64,000 nt of DNA. Source: Neoechinorhynchus agilis. Lineage: Eukaryota > Animalia > Acanthocephala. Each line of letters starts with the position of its first letter. Position 1 is the stretch's first letter. The notes beneath the pieces are model-generated. The model was not told where the DNA came from, did not search any database, and worked only from the letters and a program-made list of their open reading frames with translations. Positions 63,002-64,000 of the stretch are shown piece after piece. The DNA lies in assembly GCA_051530055.1 (NCBI GenBank), contig CM121342.1, forward strand, positions 12,539,480 to 12,603,479, given 5' to 3'. Both the position numbers and the translations under genes were made by a program.

Positions 63002-64000
63002 GAATTGCGCAGTGGAACGCAGGCGGGCTTCTGGGTATTCCTGGCCTTTTGTCTGAAGCACTGAGATGTGATATTACTTTTATCCAAGAAATTAAGTCGC
63101 TGTACTCTCTTAACAACCTCCCGAATAGTTTTAATATTTTATCTAGTGAATATTCTTTATTTTGTACAAAACCCCTTTTAAACTACTCTCAAGGCTTATT
63201 ATCCATTTTTAAAACTTGCCTCCAACCAACCCTAATTTCCGAGTTTACTTCCCCAGATTTGTCTTACGCTTTATTTTCAATACGTTTCTTCGGGAGGAAA
63301 TTGCTCTTAGGTAATTTCTATATTAAACCTAAGAAAATACACCTCACTCATAATAAAGATCTTATAAAAAATGTTTTAGCATCCGGAATTGACTTTTGCT
63401 TTGGAGATTTCAACGACCCTTCTCACAAATGGATAAAGGCCATTTTACGTTCGGATGATACCCATGACCTTATTGTCCCTGCGGATCCCACGTTTACCGA
63501 CGGCAGGTCTCATTCTTTTCTAGATTTGTGTCTTGCTCGAAGTAACTCATTCGTTAAACCCAAACTGGTTTCTCAATCATCAATTTTCCGTATTGCTGGA
63601 CATGATATCTTAGTGTGGGAATTGGGACGGAATATTCTTTTGTGCCGTAGATTTAAATTTAGTACACTTAACATCAACATCTTTAACGCTGCCATAAATT
63701 TTGCTTTCACTTTTGGCGCTTTTGAACGGCTTCGAAAATGCAGAAACCAAAAGTACTCTCTCTCTGTATGGCAGACAACTTTTTATGGCGAAGGCAATCG
63801 ATGATCGGGAGTCGATTAAGTTTTGGTCCTCTTTATACTGGCTCTGTAGAACTCGATTTCAAATAGCTTGCGACAGTAAGCGAATTAGCCATTTTATGCC
63901 TTATTCCTCTCCTTGGTTGCATGTCGTTGCACCAAAAAGATTTTGTCCGTGGAAAAGGGCCGCAGCGAGTTGGATTAAAACCTCGGGGTGGGACAATGTT
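62992..64000 (+). mobile_element. LINE ORF2 N-terminus (APE endonuclease), I/Jockey-group-like, running off the window
   Basis: LRIAQWNAGGL, FIQE, GNFYIKP, FGDFND, PTF, SFLDLCL, GHD. Overlaps ORF1 by 10 nt, with a frameshift or stop near 63800. Confidence 0.85.

Overview
AT-rich, gene-dense eukaryotic window from a compact, fast-evolving animal genome. The species cannot be determined from the sequence. Recognisable genes are egghead/bre-3 mannosyltransferase, COX18/OXA1, a TEP1-like NACHT-WD40 gene, SLC25A51-like carrier, CYFIP (with a nested antisense gene), PRP8, COX20, cyclin H, LSm5 and an M1 aminopeptidase. These are interspersed with decayed retroelements (Penelope-like, CRE-like, RTE, I/Jockey-like), foldback/MITE-like palindromes, hammerhead-like motifs and two large satellites (a C/T-rich 21-25 bp array and a 96 bp array). 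The main signal is a family of apparently non-GT-AG introns whose two ends base-pair into a stem. Consensus: exon-T | A-NNN-[stem]...[stem]-NNW | A-exon, often with a TA direct repeat at both junctions. Up to nine candidates occur, including all three interruptions of PRP8 and both of egghead. Removing them restores conserved protein motifs, while CYFIP, COX18 and the aminopeptidase use ordinary GT/GC-AG introns. Most start codons sit 0-7 nt after a pyrimidine-AG acceptor, suggesting spliced-leader trans-splicing. All splice junctions are inferred by hand from protein conservation and need cDNA confirmation.
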